DNA of 64,000 nt from Smithellaceae bacterium (GCA_963667845.2 CAXXVL010000002.1:1248001-1312000); one strand, 5' to 3'. Counted from the first letter of the stretch, positions 10,034 through 20,656 are shown. The notes: generated by a model from the sequence alone, not told the origin. Made by a program: numbers and translations.

Positions 10034-10801
10034 ATGAAACAATTTGCATTGACGCCGGCTGCCGGCAAGAGGCTGATCGGCAAGGCCGTTGCCAAGCATC
10101 CGGGAGTTCTGGCCGCACTTAAAGGCGGGACGGTGGTGGTCATCGCCGGGACCACCAATGGTTATGTGGCTGAGGAATTGCTCGCGGCGATAGGGCAGGC
10201 GCAGGATTTCCGGAAGGGACGTTTTTTCCGCGGCATTATTTTACCGCCTGTCCGTCCGAAAAAAGAAGATGGACGGCTTCCCGATGAAAGCGGCTTTCCG
10301 GGCGATGTCGTGATTCGGGAAGGCGTTTGGCAGAAGGGCAAAACCATTTTCGACGTCGCCTCTGATCTGAAGGAGGGGGACGTCATTTTGAAAGGGGCTA
10401 ATGCCGTTGATCTGGAAAGACGGCGGGCGGCGATCCTGATCGGGCATCCGCAGGCGGGGACTATCGGCGCATCGCTTCCGGCATACTACGGCCGACGCGT
10501 GCGCCTGATTATTCCGGTGGGCCTGGAAAAACGTATCTCTGGAAATCTCGATGATCTCGCTGCCCAAATCAATGAGCCGGGCGTTCAGGGTCCGAGGCTC
10601 TTGCCGGTGCCCGGTGAAATTATCACTGAACTTGATGCCATTGTGCGGCTCACGGGAGCCAGAGCCCGGATGATTGCCGCGGGCGGTGTGGCCGGCGCGG
10701 AAGGCAGTGTCTGGCTTGCCATCAGCGGTGAACCATCGCAGGAAGATGATGCAGCGGCTCTTTTGCAGTCGGTTGCCGGAGAACCGATGTTTGAGCTCTA
10801 A
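10034..10801 (+). CDS. Conserved hypothetical protein, possibly RpiA/NagB-like fold
   Basis: IAGTTN and KGANAVD segments. Start moved to ATG 10034, after GAGGAGG. Confidence 0.6.
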   Translation: MKQFALTPAAGKRLIGKAVAKHPGVLAALKGGTVVVIAGTTNGYVAEELLAAIGQAQDFRKGRFFRGIILPPVRPKKEDGRLPDESGFPGDVVIREGVWQKGKTIFDVASDLKEGDVILKGANAVDLERRRAAILIGHPQAGTIGASLPAYYGRRVRLIIPVGLEKRISGNLDDLAAQINEPGVQGPRLLPVPGEIITELDAIVRLTGARARMIAAGGVAGAEGSVWLAISGEPSQEDDAAALLQSVAGEPMFEL

Positions 10802-10812
10802 GGAAATATCGC

Positions 10813-13593
10813 ATGGCGCATAATAAGGAAGATAATCAATCCGTGCCGGAAGATTCCATTCACTCCTGGGAATATAGTACTGATGCGCAAGGCCGGATAG
10901 CTTACATTTCACCTTTCTGGCGCAGTTCCACCGGGATCCTGCCGGAGGATATCCTGAAAGACCCCTTGTCCATATCGAGAATCATTCATCCTGACGATCT
11001 GCCTGGCTATAAAGAACATATAAGAAACGCCTATGAAAAGAAACTGCCCGGTGCAATGGAATATCGCATTCTTCTGCCCGACAATACGATCCGCTGGATC
11101 AGTCACTCCTGCGGGCCTTTTTTTGATGAAGAAGGCCGGTACGCCGGTACAAGAGGAAGAAGTTGGGATATCACCGAGCGGAAAAATTTTGAACATGTCG
11201 TCACGGTGCAGCGTGATCTGGGACTGGTCCTGGACGAGGCCGCTTCTCTTCAGGAATCGCTTCACTTATGTCTTAATGCGGCACTTTTGGTATCCGGGCT
11301 CGAAGCGGGCGGAATTTATATGCTGGATCAGGCGACCGGAGACTTGAACCTGCTTTTATCTTCCGGTCACACCGATGAATTTGTGCGAATCAACCGCAAG
11401 CTTCCGGTTGATTCGCAGAAAGCTCAGATCTTAATGACCGGTAAGCCGTTTTATTTAAGCAGTCAAGATATCCGGGAACTCCATGCGAAGGATCTGCTTG
11501 ACGAAAAGATGCTTTCCATTGCGGCTGTTCCCCTTGTTGATCAGGGAGAGGTGTTCGGTTCGCTTCACATCGGGTCGCGTGAACACAGTGAGATACCCGT
11601 GCACAGCCGCTACGCCCTGGAAACCATCGCCCGACAGGTCGGCGCGGCCATTTTACGCATGCAGGCCGAAGAAAGGCTCAGAGCCAGCGAGGCAAAGTAC
11701 CGGGCTATCTTCGAGAATGCGGTTGAAGGCATATTTCAAACAACTCCGGAAGGCGGGATCATGAGCGTCAATAGCAAGATGGCCCGGCTCTTCGGTTACG
11801 ACTCCCCGCAGGACATGATGAGCCGGGTGCACAACGTCAAAGAACTTTACGCAAATCCCGAAGACAGAATAGCCTTTCGCCGCGAAATCGACAGGACGGG
11901 AATCCTGCAGAAATATGAAGTTCTGTCCGTTCGAAAAGACGGGACGAAGATGTTAATTGCAGTGAGCGCCGGAGCGGTCAAAGACAAAGAAGGCAATGTG
12001 ATTTATTACGACGGCTTTTATGAAGATATTACCGAGCGAAAAAAGATGGAGCGGGATCTTCGTGAGAGTGAAGAGCGTCTGCGCGGCATTGTGGAGACAT
12101 CCAATGCCGGTATCATGATGATCACTCTGGCCGGGCAAATCCTGTTCGCCAACAGGCAAATGGCCGGTATGCTGGGATATGATCATGAAAGATTTGTGAA
12201 GGGCAACTACTACGATTATGTGCACGCCGACGATAAACTGAATATCGACCGCAATCTCGGCGCACTGGAACGCGGGGACGTCGACCGGCTGTCCGTAGAA
12301 CGCCGTTTTTTGCGTGCGGACGGTACTTCGTGGTGGGGATATGTGTGCGGCGGGCGTTTCCAGACGGCGCCGGGCAAATTCCAGGTCGTTCTGATTATTT
12401 CCGATATGACGCACATCAAGAGAGTGGAAGAGGAAAAGAAGCTGCTGGAAGAACACTTGAGGCAGGCCCAGAAGATGGAGGCGATCGGCACTCTGGCCGG
12501 CGGAATTGCTCACGACTTTAACAATATCCTGGCGTCCATGATGGGTTTCACGGAGATGGCCGCGAGGGAAACGCGCCGGGCGGCAAGGAACGATTATCTT
12601 GATCAGGTTTTGCTGGCATGTGAGCGGGCGAAGAATCTGGTCAATCAGATTCTTGCATTCAGCCGCAGCCGCGAACAGGAAAGAAGGCCCTTGGATATCC
12701 GGCTGGTTCTGAAAGAAGCGTTGAGTCTGCTCAGGGCCAGCCTGCCGAGTACCATTGAAATCAAATCGGATATTGCCCGAGAGGAAATGCTTGTTCTCGC
12801 GGATCCCACAGAGATTCACCAGATCACAATGAATTTATGCACCAATGCCGCACACGCGATGCAGGATAAGGGCGGCGTGCTGACCATAAGCCTGACAAGC
12901 GTCGGGATTCCTCAGGCGGCGCGTCCGGCTCATCCTGATCTTCAGGCGGGAGACTACGTGCGGTTATCCGTCTCGGATACCGGCCACGGCATCGGCGCGG
13001 ATATCAAAGAGAAGATATTCGATCCGTTCTTCACAACCAAGAAGGACCAAGAGGGGACCGGATTGGGCCTGTCCGTTGTTTATGGTATCGTAAAGAATGC
13101 CGGCGGCGTAATTGACATGCAAAGCGTCGCGGGGCAGGGCGCGACCTTTACGATCTACCTGCCGCAAATTTCGCCTTGTGAAAACACGGAAGCAGGTGAC
13201 CGGGACGGCGTGGACATGCCGGGTTCGGAAAGCATTCTTTTTGTGGACGATGAAGAAATGCTGGTGAGAATGGCGAAAAAATATTTTCAAGAGATGGGAT
13301 ATCAAGTTACGGCAACGACCAGCAGCCCTGAGGCGTTGCAATTGTTTCAGGAAAACCCCGCAAGGTTTGATCTGGTCATCGCCGACATGACGATGCCGCA
13401 CATTACCGGGACGTCACTGTGCCGGGCCTTTTTAAAGATTCGTCCGAAATTGCCGATTATTCTCTGTACAGGCTACAGCGATGCCGCATCCATGTCAGAA
13501 ATTGAAAAACTCAATATCCGGGAACTTGTCTTGAAACCCGTATTTGTTAGAGATTTGGGTTTGCGAGTCAGGAGGATTCTGGATAAAGAATAA
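10813..13593 (+). CDS. Hybrid sensor histidine kinase (PAS-GAF-PAS-PAS-HisKA-HATPase-REC)
   Basis: Repeated PAS ends (DITERK), AHDFNN H-box, GTGLGL G-box and a C-terminal receiver (FVDDE, DMTMP). Confidence 0.93.
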   Translation: MAHNKEDNQSVPEDSIHSWEYSTDAQGRIAYISPFWRSSTGILPEDILKDPLSISRIIHPDDLPGYKEHIRNAYEKKLPGAMEYRILLPDNTIRWISHSCGPFFDEEGRYAGTRGRSWDITERKNFEHVVTVQRDLGLVLDEAASLQESLHLCLNAALLVSGLEAGGIYMLDQATGDLNLLLSSGHTDEFVRINRKLPVDSQKAQILMTGKPFYLSSQDIRELHAKDLLDEKMLSIAAVPLVDQGEVFGSLHIGSREHSEIPVHSRYALETIARQVGAAILRMQAEERLRASEAKYRAIFENAVEGIFQTTPEGGIMSVNSKMARLFGYDSPQDMMSRVHNVKELYANPEDRIAFRREIDRTGILQKYEVLSVRKDGTKMLIAVSAGAVKDKEGNVIYYDGFYEDITERKKMERDLRESEERLRGIVETSNAGIMMITLAGQILFANRQMAGMLGYDHERFVKGNYYDYVHADDKLNIDRNLGALERGDVDRLSVERRFLRADGTSWWGYVCGGRFQTAPGKFQVVLIISDMTHIKRVEEEKKLLEEHLRQAQKMEAIGTLAGGIAHDFNNILASMMGFTEMAARETRRAARNDYLDQVLLACERAKNLVNQILAFSRSREQERRPLDIRLVLKEALSLLRASLPSTIEIKSDIAREEMLVLADPTEIHQITMNLCTNAAHAMQDKGGVLTISLTSVGIPQAARPAHPDLQAGDYVRLSVSDTGHGIGADIKEKIFDPFFTTKKDQEGTGLGLSVVYGIVKNAGGVIDMQSVAGQGATFTIYLPQISPCENTEAGDRDGVDMPGSESILFVDDEEMLVRMAKKYFQEMGYQVTATTSSPEALQLFQENPARFDLVIADMTMPHITGTSLCRAFLKIRPKLPIILCTGYSDAASMSEIEKLNIRELVLKPVFVRDLGLRVRRILDKE

Positions 13594-13626
13594 AAATCCG
13601 GTTTTGAAGCAGGAAGAGGGTGACCT

Positions 13627-15021
13627 ATGGCCAAAGTGTTGATTATCGATGATGATGAAATGTTTTGCCGATTATTATCCGGCGCGCTTAAAGCTGACAA
13701 ACATATCATATCCTGCGCCTATTGTCTCAAGGACGGTTTGAGGCTTGTTTCCACTGACTCGTTCGATGTCGTTTTTCTCGACGTTCGTCTGCCGGACGGC
13801 AACGGCCTGGACAAATTGTCCGAGATCCGCGAAGCGGCATCGGAACCGGAAGTGATTATCCTGACGGGTGCAGGAACAGCGAATGGCGCAGAACTGGCAA
13901 TTCGCAGCGGCGCCTGGGATTACATTCAGAAACCATCGTCCATCAGTTCGATGACGCTTCCTCTGTTGCGAGCCCTGCAATACCGGGAAGAAAAATTGAA
14001 GAAACAGCCGATGGCCAATCTGAAGCTTACCGGCACAATCGGCAAAAGCTCGCAAATGAAAGCATGCTATAATCTGGTTACCCAGGCGGCATCCAGTGAT
14101 GCCAGCGTCTTAATCACGGGTGAGACGGGTACCGGCAAGGAGCTCTTTGCCAAGGCGATTCATGAAAACAGTGCCCGGGCGAGCCACAGTTTTGTCATCG
14201 TCGATTGCGCCGCGCTCACGCAGAGTCTGACGGAAAGCGCACTTTTCGGATATGAAAAAGGCGCTTTCACCGGCGCTGATCAGCGTCGGGACGGCCTCAT
14301 CAAGCAGGCCCACGGCGGAACTTTGTTTCTGGATGAGATCGGGGAACTTCCGATCGCCATTCAAAAAAGTTTTCTCAGAGTCCTCCAGGAGCATCGTTTT
14401 CGTCCTCTGGGGAGCGCCAAAGAAATGGAAAGCGATTTCCGCCTGATCGCAGCCACAAACCGCGACTTGGAGCAGCTGGTTGCCGAAGGGCTGTTTCGGG
14501 AAGATCTTCTTTTTCGGATTCGTTCCATAACGCTCAAGGTGCCGGCGCTCCGGGATCATCTGGACGATCTGATTGAAATTGCCGTTTACCATACGGCGAG
14601 AATTTGTGAACGCAGCCGGATTGAGCCCAAAAAACTTTCACCGGACTTTCAGGAAGCATTACTTTCCTATAACTGGCCGGGGAATGTCCGGGAACTGGTC
14701 AATGCCGTTGAACGGGCCATTGCGGCCGCTCTCTCCGCACCAACGCTTTTCCATCAGCACCTGCCCAGCACGATACGCGTTAAACTGGCTCAGGGGAAAA
14801 GTCTGGCGGATCGCCCTCAGGAGGAAGTAAGAGCTGTTTCCACATTCCCCAAATTGAAGAATCTGCGGGAAGCCGCTTACGCACAGATTGAAAAGAAATA
14901 TATGGAGGACCTGTTGAAACTGACCGGCGGCGACATTGAACACGCCTGCCGGATAGCCGACCTCAGCCGTACGAGGTTCTACGAAATTTTGCGAAAACAT
15001 CATATCCCACTGAAAAATTAA
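13627..15021 (+). CDS. Sigma-54-dependent response regulator (NtrC family)
   Basis: LIIDDD receiver, GETGTGKE, GAFTGA, WPGNVREL and a C-terminal HTH. Confidence 0.93.
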   Translation: MAKVLIIDDDEMFCRLLSGALKADKHIISCAYCLKDGLRLVSTDSFDVVFLDVRLPDGNGLDKLSEIREAASEPEVIILTGAGTANGAELAIRSGAWDYIQKPSSISSMTLPLLRALQYREEKLKKQPMANLKLTGTIGKSSQMKACYNLVTQAASSDASVLITGETGTGKELFAKAIHENSARASHSFVIVDCAALTQSLTESALFGYEKGAFTGADQRRDGLIKQAHGGTLFLDEIGELPIAIQKSFLRVLQEHRFRPLGSAKEMESDFRLIAATNRDLEQLVAEGLFREDLLFRIRSITLKVPALRDHLDDLIEIAVYHTARICERSRIEPKKLSPDFQEALLSYNWPGNVRELVNAVERAIAAALSAPTLFHQHLPSTIRVKLAQGKSLADRPQEEVRAVSTFPKLKNLREAAYAQIEKKYMEDLLKLTGGDIEHACRIADLSRTRFYEILRKHHIPLKN

Positions 15022-15068
15022 GCGAACCGACCATTTTTTTTAATCGCTGGGGAAAAACCATAGCTCAA

Positions 15069-15192
15069 ACGGTTTTTCCGTGCAAATCCGCTTTCCCATA
15101 CAAATCTATCTTTCTATCCTTCACCTTACAGGCTCAATTTAATTGTTATAATTAAGAAATTACCGGAAATCAGTATCTGGCACGTTTGTTGG
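15069..15192 (+). promoter_or_regulatory. Sigma-54-like promoter copy 1 with upstream palindrome
   Basis: ACGG-TTTTT-CCGT at 15069-15081 and TGGCAC-GTTTG-TTGG at 15178-15192. Confidence 0.55.
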
Positions 15193-15236
15193 ACTGCATA
15201 GATCCACGGCAGACGCGCCAGGGCAATCCATTGAGA

Positions 15237-15383
15237 GCCACGGAATCCATGAATGCGCAAGCTGCCCGGATGAAGGCGTCTGTGGAAGATCTGGTCAATA
15301 TCGTTGACGGCGGCGATGACAGCAAAACCGCCGGACATCATCAGGTTTCGGGAACCCCGCCGCAGGATATGGTGGAGAAGTAA
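15237..15383 (+). pseudogene. 3' remnant of a methyl-accepting chemotaxis protein gene
   Basis: ATESMNAQAARMKASVEDLVNIVDGG aligns with [26 protein letters not shown] of the MCP at 16068-17975. The rest of the gene is absent. Confidence 0.7.
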
Positions 15384-15464
15384 TGAGCAGGATTGACGCT
15401 CGCGCATTGGGGCGCAGCCAGCCACAAAGGTCGCCTTTGTGATTGCGGGAAAACTTTATTGCGA

Positions 15465-15588
15465 ACGGTTTTTCCGTACAAATCCTCTTTTTCGCCACAA
15501 AAATGTTCCTATAAGAAGAGGGTTGAATATTCTAAGTATTACCAATCATGGAGCATATCCCAGATCGGATTTTTGGCACAATTATTGG
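15465..15588 (+). promoter_or_regulatory. Sigma-54-like promoter copy 2 with upstream palindrome
   Basis: ACGG-TTTTT-CCGT at 15465-15477 and TGGCAC-AATTA-TTGG at 15574-15588. The 109 bp offset is the same as in copy 1. Confidence 0.6.
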
Positions 15589-15647
15589 AGTGACAGAAAC
15601 CCGATCTCGGCAAAGAAATGGCGAAACATCATCGAGGAAGGTTCTAA

Positions 15648-16028
15648 ATGGGATTAATACTGTATTCAAAAGAAATAAAGGAATCGGGGGAGCGCTTGTT
15701 GAATGTTATCAAAGATGCCCTTCCCGGTAATGACCTTGAGATATATTCTTCAATAGACGATCTGACGGAACGGTTGCACCAACCGCTGGCGGATGTCTGC
15801 GTCGCCATCTTTCATGCAGTCTCTCACTCGGAACTTATGGAAATCGTTTTTCTTGCAGATCTGCTGTCTGAAATGAGAGTTGTGCTGGTCCTGCCGGACT
15901 GTAAGCCTGATGCTCTCAAAAAGGCACATATTTTAAGGCCTCGTTTTATCGTCACATCGCAGAATGATTACAAGAATCTGGACAGCATTTTAAAGCGCAT
16001 GGTGAAACTTTACGACAAGCCGTATTAA
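15648..16028 (+). CDS. Hypothetical protein, possible degenerate receiver-like alpha/beta domain
   Basis: 126 aa ORF with an RBS, alternating strand/helix pattern and no acidic DD pocket. Confidence 0.6.
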   Translation: MGLILYSKEIKESGERLLNVIKDALPGNDLEIYSSIDDLTERLHQPLADVCVAIFHAVSHSELMEIVFLADLLSEMRVVLVLPDCKPDALKKAHILRPRFIVTSQNDYKNLDSILKRMVKLYDKPY

Positions 16029-16067
16029 GTACGCAGGATAAGCGTATAAATATAAGGATGGAGGAAA

Positions 16068-17975
16068 ATGAATAAGCGTTCTTTACAGTTTAAGATGATT
16101 GCTATCGGAGTATTGGCTGTGTTGGTGCCGCTGTTTGTGGTGGGCGGTTTTTCCGTGTACAGGGCAATGAGTGCGCTGGAAGAAGCATCGGCATCTCAGT
16201 CGACGGAAGTGGCCAAAGGTCTGGCCCATCTGGCAAACCTGGTTGTGCAGGAAGAATTAAGAACGATTACTCAGCTTGCCGTCCGGGATGTCGTGATTGC
16301 CGCCGCTGCAACGCGCGGGGAAGCCGAGAGTGCAAAAGCCACTGCGGAGTTGACGCGTTTTGTTCAGAGCGGCGGCAATGTGTATGAAACGATTTCGATG
16401 GCCGGGCCCGACGGGAAGGTTTTTGCCGATGGGGTCAACGGCAGGCACAAGGGCCTCAACTTAACGGAACGGGACTATTTCAAGGCGGCAAAAGAAGGCA
16501 AAGTCAGTGTAGGGTCCGTTGTGAAGTCGAAAGGCACGGGTAATGTCGTTATGACGTTTGGCGCGCCCGTCTATTCGGAATCAAAGGAAATCATCGGTGT
16601 CATTGTTGCGGTCAAGAATATCGGCTTCCTGTCGGAGAAGGTTGGGAACACTAAACTGGAAAACACCGGTCACGGGTTTGTACTTGATAAAACGGGTTTG
16701 TGCATTGCACATCCGGAAAAAGAGTTAATTTTGAAATTCAACGCAACACAAATAGAAGGAATGAAGGAACTTGCGGCCAAAATGGCGGCGGGCGAGACGG
16801 GAACCACAGTGTACAAAATCAAAGGGGTGACCAAGATAGCCGGTTTTGCGCCGGTCCCGGCAAGCGGATGGAGTGTGTGCTTCACGCAGGATTATAATGA
16901 ATTCATGGCTCCGGCCTATCACCTGGGCTGGTTCATCGTCTTAATCGGACTTATATTCCTGATTGTTACGGTTGCGGGTGTCTTATTCTTTGCCCGGGGC
17001 ATTGCGGTGCCGATCGGTCATATTGCCGCTGAACTCGACAGTGCGTCCGAGCAGGTGGCGGCAGCGTCATCTCAGGTGGCCTCGGCCAGCCAGAGCCTGG
17101 CGGAGGGGGCGTCGGAACAGGCCTCGGCGCTGGAGGAGACCTCATCCTCTCTGGAGGAGATGGCCTCCATGACCAAACAAAACGCGGACAACGCCGCCCA
17201 GGCGAAGGCGTTGACGGGCGAAGCAAAGCAGACCGTGAATAAAGTCGACGATCAGATGCGCCGAATGGTGACGGCGATTCAGGAAGTGACCAAGTCCAGT
17301 GAAGAGACGGGCAAGATCATTAAGACAATCGATGAAATCGCGTTTCAGACAAACCTGTTGGCGCTGAACGCCGCAGTAGAGGCGGCCCGCGCGGGAGAGG
17401 CCGGCGCCGGTTTTGCGGTGGTTGCTGATGAAGTGCGCAACCTGGCGATGCGGGCGGCAGATGCAGCGAAGAACACATCGAATCTGATTGAGAATACGAT
17501 TGTAACCGTGAAAAACAGCCGCGACCTGACGCAGCAGACCCAGGATGCCTTCAAGGAAAATGTGGCGATCGCAAACAAGATCGGCCAGTTGATTGATGAG
17601 ATTGCCGCGGCATCTGCCGAACAGGCGCAGGGAATCGGACAAGTCGGCAAGGCCGTGGCGGAAATGGACAAAGTGGTTCAGAGCACGGCGGCCAATGCCG
17701 AAGAATCGGCCTCTGCCTCGGAAGAAATGAACGCGCAGGCTGAGCAGATGAAAAAAGATGTGGAAAAAATGGTGATCATCATTAACGGCAGCAAACTCAA
17801 TGGCGGTTCTGTGACTCACCGGCGCAGCGAAGCAATACAAAAATCCGAGGTATCCAGGCAGGCGACGACGGTCAAAAAACTTCTGACGGCCGGGCAGGCT
17901 GTCCTGAAAAAAGGCAGGCCGGTGCGACCGGAGGAAGTGATTCCATTTGAGAAAGATGGCTTCAAGGATTTTTAA
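16068..17975 (+). CDS. Methyl-accepting chemotaxis protein with dCache sensor
   Basis: Two TMs, a Cache region (RDYF..A, HP) and the hairpin tip [23 protein letters not shown]. Confidence 0.95.
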   Translation: MNKRSLQFKMIAIGVLAVLVPLFVVGGFSVYRAMSALEEASASQSTEVAKGLAHLANLVVQEELRTITQLAVRDVVIAAAATRGEAESAKATAELTRFVQSGGNVYETISMAGPDGKVFADGVNGRHKGLNLTERDYFKAAKEGKVSVGSVVKSKGTGNVVMTFGAPVYSESKEIIGVIVAVKNIGFLSEKVGNTKLENTGHGFVLDKTGLCIAHPEKELILKFNATQIEGMKELAAKMAAGETGTTVYKIKGVTKIAGFAPVPASGWSVCFTQDYNEFMAPAYHLGWFIVLIGLIFLIVTVAGVLFFARGIAVPIGHIAAELDSASEQVAAASSQVASASQSLAEGASEQASALEETSSSLEEMASMTKQNADNAAQAKALTGEAKQTVNKVDDQMRRMVTAIQEVTKSSEETGKIIKTIDEIAFQTNLLALNAAVEAARAGEAGAGFAVVADEVRNLAMRAADAAKNTSNLIENTIVTVKNSRDLTQQTQDAFKENVAIANKIGQLIDEIAAASAEQAQGIGQVGKAVAEMDKVVQSTAANAEESASASEEMNAQAEQMKKDVEKMVIIINGSKLNGGSVTHRRSEAIQKSEVSRQATTVKKLLTAGQAVLKKGRPVRPEEVIPFEKDGFKDF

Positions 17976-18048
17976 GGCCGTCGCAGGGACGGCGGGTCCC
18001 CCTCAATCCCGCCGCCCATTACTATTTTTCTATAGGAGGTAAAAAGGT

Positions 18049-18558
18049 ATGCAGGCAACAGCAAATACAGCAGATGGGGATGTTTCTGAAAAACAGCGCA
18101 GTCGCGAAGGAAAGTATCTGACTTTTGTCCTGGCAGATGAAGAATACGGGATCGGGATTCTCAAGGTGAAGGAGATCATCGGATTAATGCCGATCACCCC
18201 CGTGCCCCGGACACCGTCGCATGTCAAGGGTGTGATCAACTTGCGCGGTAAGGTGATCCCCGTAGTGGATTTGCGCCTGAAATTCGGCATGTCCGGTGCG
18301 GAGTCAACGGAGCGCACTTGTATCATCGTGGTAGAAATCTCATTTTGCGGCACTAATATCTCTATGGGGATTGTCGTGGATTCCGTGTCGGAAGTCCTCA
18401 ACATCCGGGCGGCGGAGATTGAAGATACCCCGAGCTTCGGAACAAAGCTGGACACCGATTATATTCTTGGTATGGCAAAATCCGGCCAGGGGGTGAAAAT
18501 CCTCCTCGATATCGATAAAGTTGTAAACAGCGGCGAAATACATCATCTGGCTGCCTGA
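18049..18558 (+). CDS. cheW: Chemotaxis adaptor CheW
   Basis: YLTF, GVINLRGKVIPVVDLR and GIVVDSVSEV. Confidence 0.95.
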   Translation: MQATANTADGDVSEKQRSREGKYLTFVLADEEYGIGILKVKEIIGLMPITPVPRTPSHVKGVINLRGKVIPVVDLRLKFGMSGAESTERTCIIVVEISFCGTNISMGIVVDSVSEVLNIRAAEIEDTPSFGTKLDTDYILGMAKSGQGVKILLDIDKVVNSGEIHHLAA

Positions 18559-18598
18559 GATTTTACAGCGGAAATCAGCGGCCTGTTGAAAGGAATTG

Positions 18599-20128
18599 AT
18601 GAGAATGTTTACAGTATTGAGCAATTTGAAGCTTCGCGCCAAAATGCTTTTGGCTCCTGCGGTCGTGTTTATTTTTCTTCTACTCATTGCCGCCGGCACA
18701 TACTACACTGTGTCCGTGCAGAATAATTCCATCGACGACATCTACAACAGCCGCTTCAAAGGATACCAGACCAGTTCCCAAATTCTTCTGGAAATGACAA
18801 CCGTTCAGTCCAATCTCTACAAGTTGATGAGCTGGATCGCAGCCGGGTATGACAAAGAAAAGATCGCCGATCTGATGAGAAGAACCAATGAACAGATCAA
18901 CGTCACCGCAGAACATATGAAGAGAATTATCGCTTCCCAGAACCTCACGCCGGAAGAAGCGAAATACTATAAGGGCGCCTACGACAATCTTCTGGGATTT
19001 CAGTCCCAGGTCAAAAACACTCTTGATGTGGCCGCCGCCGATCCGACCGCGGCGGGAGTGGTCTTTGGCATGGCCGAAGAAGCATTTATCGCGCTTGACA
19101 AGAAACTGCATGAACTCAATGTTCTCGAGGATAAACTCAGCCGGGATGTATACGACAATTCCGTGACGATGGTTAAGACGATCCTGATGGTTTTTCTGAT
19201 CGTCGTGATCATTGCCGTCATTGTATCTCTCCTGACCAGCTTCAGCATATCGAAGATGATTTTGACGCCCGTTAAAGAAGCCATTGTCGTGCTCAGGCGC
19301 CTCGCCGAAGGCGATCTGACCCGGAAAATTCATCTGGCTTCAAAGGATGAAATCGGCGAGCTGGTGCGATCGGTTAATGAAATGCGCAGTAAAATGAATG
19401 ACGCCGTGGGCGAGGCTCTTCATGTATCGGCCAGCTTAAAGGATTCGGCTGCCGATGAGGCGGCTTCGATTGAAGAGACATCTGCGTCGCTCGATGAGAT
19501 CTCCTCGATGACCAGCAAGAACGCTGAAAATACCGCCCAGGCGAATCAGCTGATGCTCTCGGTAAAAGGTGCTATCCTGAAAGCGGACGAATCCATGAAG
19601 CAGCTCACGTCCTCCATGCAGGCGATTGCCAAAGCCAGCCAGCAGACGCAAAAAATTGTAAAAAGCATCGATGAAATCGCTTTTCAAACCAACCTTCTAG
19701 CCCTCAACGCTTCGGTTGAAGCTGCGCGGGCCGGAGAAGCGGGAGCAGGGTTCGCCGTTGTTGCCGACGAAGTTCGCAATCTGGCGCTGCGTGCCAAGGT
19801 TTCCGCCCAGGATTCGACCAACCTGATTGAAGACATCGTTCAAAAGGTCAAGGGGGGAGAACATCTGGTCAATGTCACCAGCACGGCCTTCGGTGAGGTC
19901 ACGATCAGTTCCGAAAAAGTTGTGACTCTGATGGGAGAAATCGAGGTCGCCTCCAAGGAACAATCCCAGGGCATCAGCCAGGTCAACAGTGTCATCGCCT
20001 CGCTGAGCAGTACGACGCAGGAACATGCAGGCAATGCGGAAACGCTGACCACAATTATGTCCATTTTTAAGACGGAAGAATCCGAGCCGCTGGAAGTCAG
20101 GCGAGGATTGCCGCAGATATCCGCTTAA
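18599..20128 (+). CDS. Methyl-accepting chemotaxis protein (4-helix sensor, HAMP, shortened signalling domain)
   Basis: Two TMs, HAMP (GDLT, DEIGEL) and [23 protein letters not shown]. Confidence 0.93.
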   Translation: MRMFTVLSNLKLRAKMLLAPAVVFIFLLLIAAGTYYTVSVQNNSIDDIYNSRFKGYQTSSQILLEMTTVQSNLYKLMSWIAAGYDKEKIADLMRRTNEQINVTAEHMKRIIASQNLTPEEAKYYKGAYDNLLGFQSQVKNTLDVAAADPTAAGVVFGMAEEAFIALDKKLHELNVLEDKLSRDVYDNSVTMVKTILMVFLIVVIIAVIVSLLTSFSISKMILTPVKEAIVVLRRLAEGDLTRKIHLASKDEIGELVRSVNEMRSKMNDAVGEALHVSASLKDSAADEAASIEETSASLDEISSMTSKNAENTAQANQLMLSVKGAILKADESMKQLTSSMQAIAKASQQTQKIVKSIDEIAFQTNLLALNASVEAARAGEAGAGFAVVADEVRNLALRAKVSAQDSTNLIEDIVQKVKGGEHLVNVTSTAFGEVTISSEKVVTLMGEIEVASKEQSQGISQVNSVIASLSSTTQEHAGNAETLTTIMSIFKTEESEPLEVRRGLPQISA

Positions 20129-20194
20129 AGTCGGCGGATGGGTTCTTACGAAATTTTATCGCAGCAAGAGTCAATTTGAGAAGGAGGAGCAAGG

Positions 20195-20656
20195 ATGAAA
20201 AAAATATGGATGAGTGTTGGCATAGCGAGCGTTATGATGTTTGTCATCATTTGTACTATTCAGGCAGCTACGCTCGAAGAAGCCAAAGATCTGGGAATCA
20301 AGGCGGCTGCCTATGTTAAGAAAGCCGGTGCGGATGTGGCGTCCAAAGAAATGAACAAACCCGGCAACCCGTTTGACAAAGGCGAGATGTATGTCACGCT
20401 GCACAACCTGAATGGCGTTTTTGTTGCCAATTCCAAGGTGCCCGGCATGGCGGGGCAGAATCATTTTAATCTCAAAGACCCTACAGGTAAATTGTTTGTT
20501 CAGGAAATGATTGGAATCGCCAAGTCCCCTGCCGGAAGCGGTTGGCTTACCTATACCTGGAGCAATCCGGCAACCAAGAAAGCGCAGCTGAAAAAATCCT
20601 GGGTGCAGAGGGTTGAGGGGACCGATCTGTATACATTGTCCGGCTTATTTCAATAA
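20195..20656 (+). CDS. Stand-alone periplasmic single-Cache domain protein
   Basis: Signal peptide, KDPTGKLFVQEM and GWLTYTW.NP motifs. Confidence 0.85.
   Translation: MKKIWMSVGIASVMMFVIICTIQAATLEEAKDLGIKAAAYVKKAGADVASKEMNKPGNPFDKGEMYVTLHNLNGVFVANSKVPGMAGQNHFNLKDPTGKLFVQEMIGIAKSPAGSGWLTYTWSNPATKKAQLKKSWVQRVEGTDLYTLSGLFQ

Noticed and set aside
17325..19790. Similar DNA blocks at about 17330-17450 and 19670-19790
   Set aside because: This is the conserved MCP hairpin tip in two paralogues, not a template/variable repeat pair.
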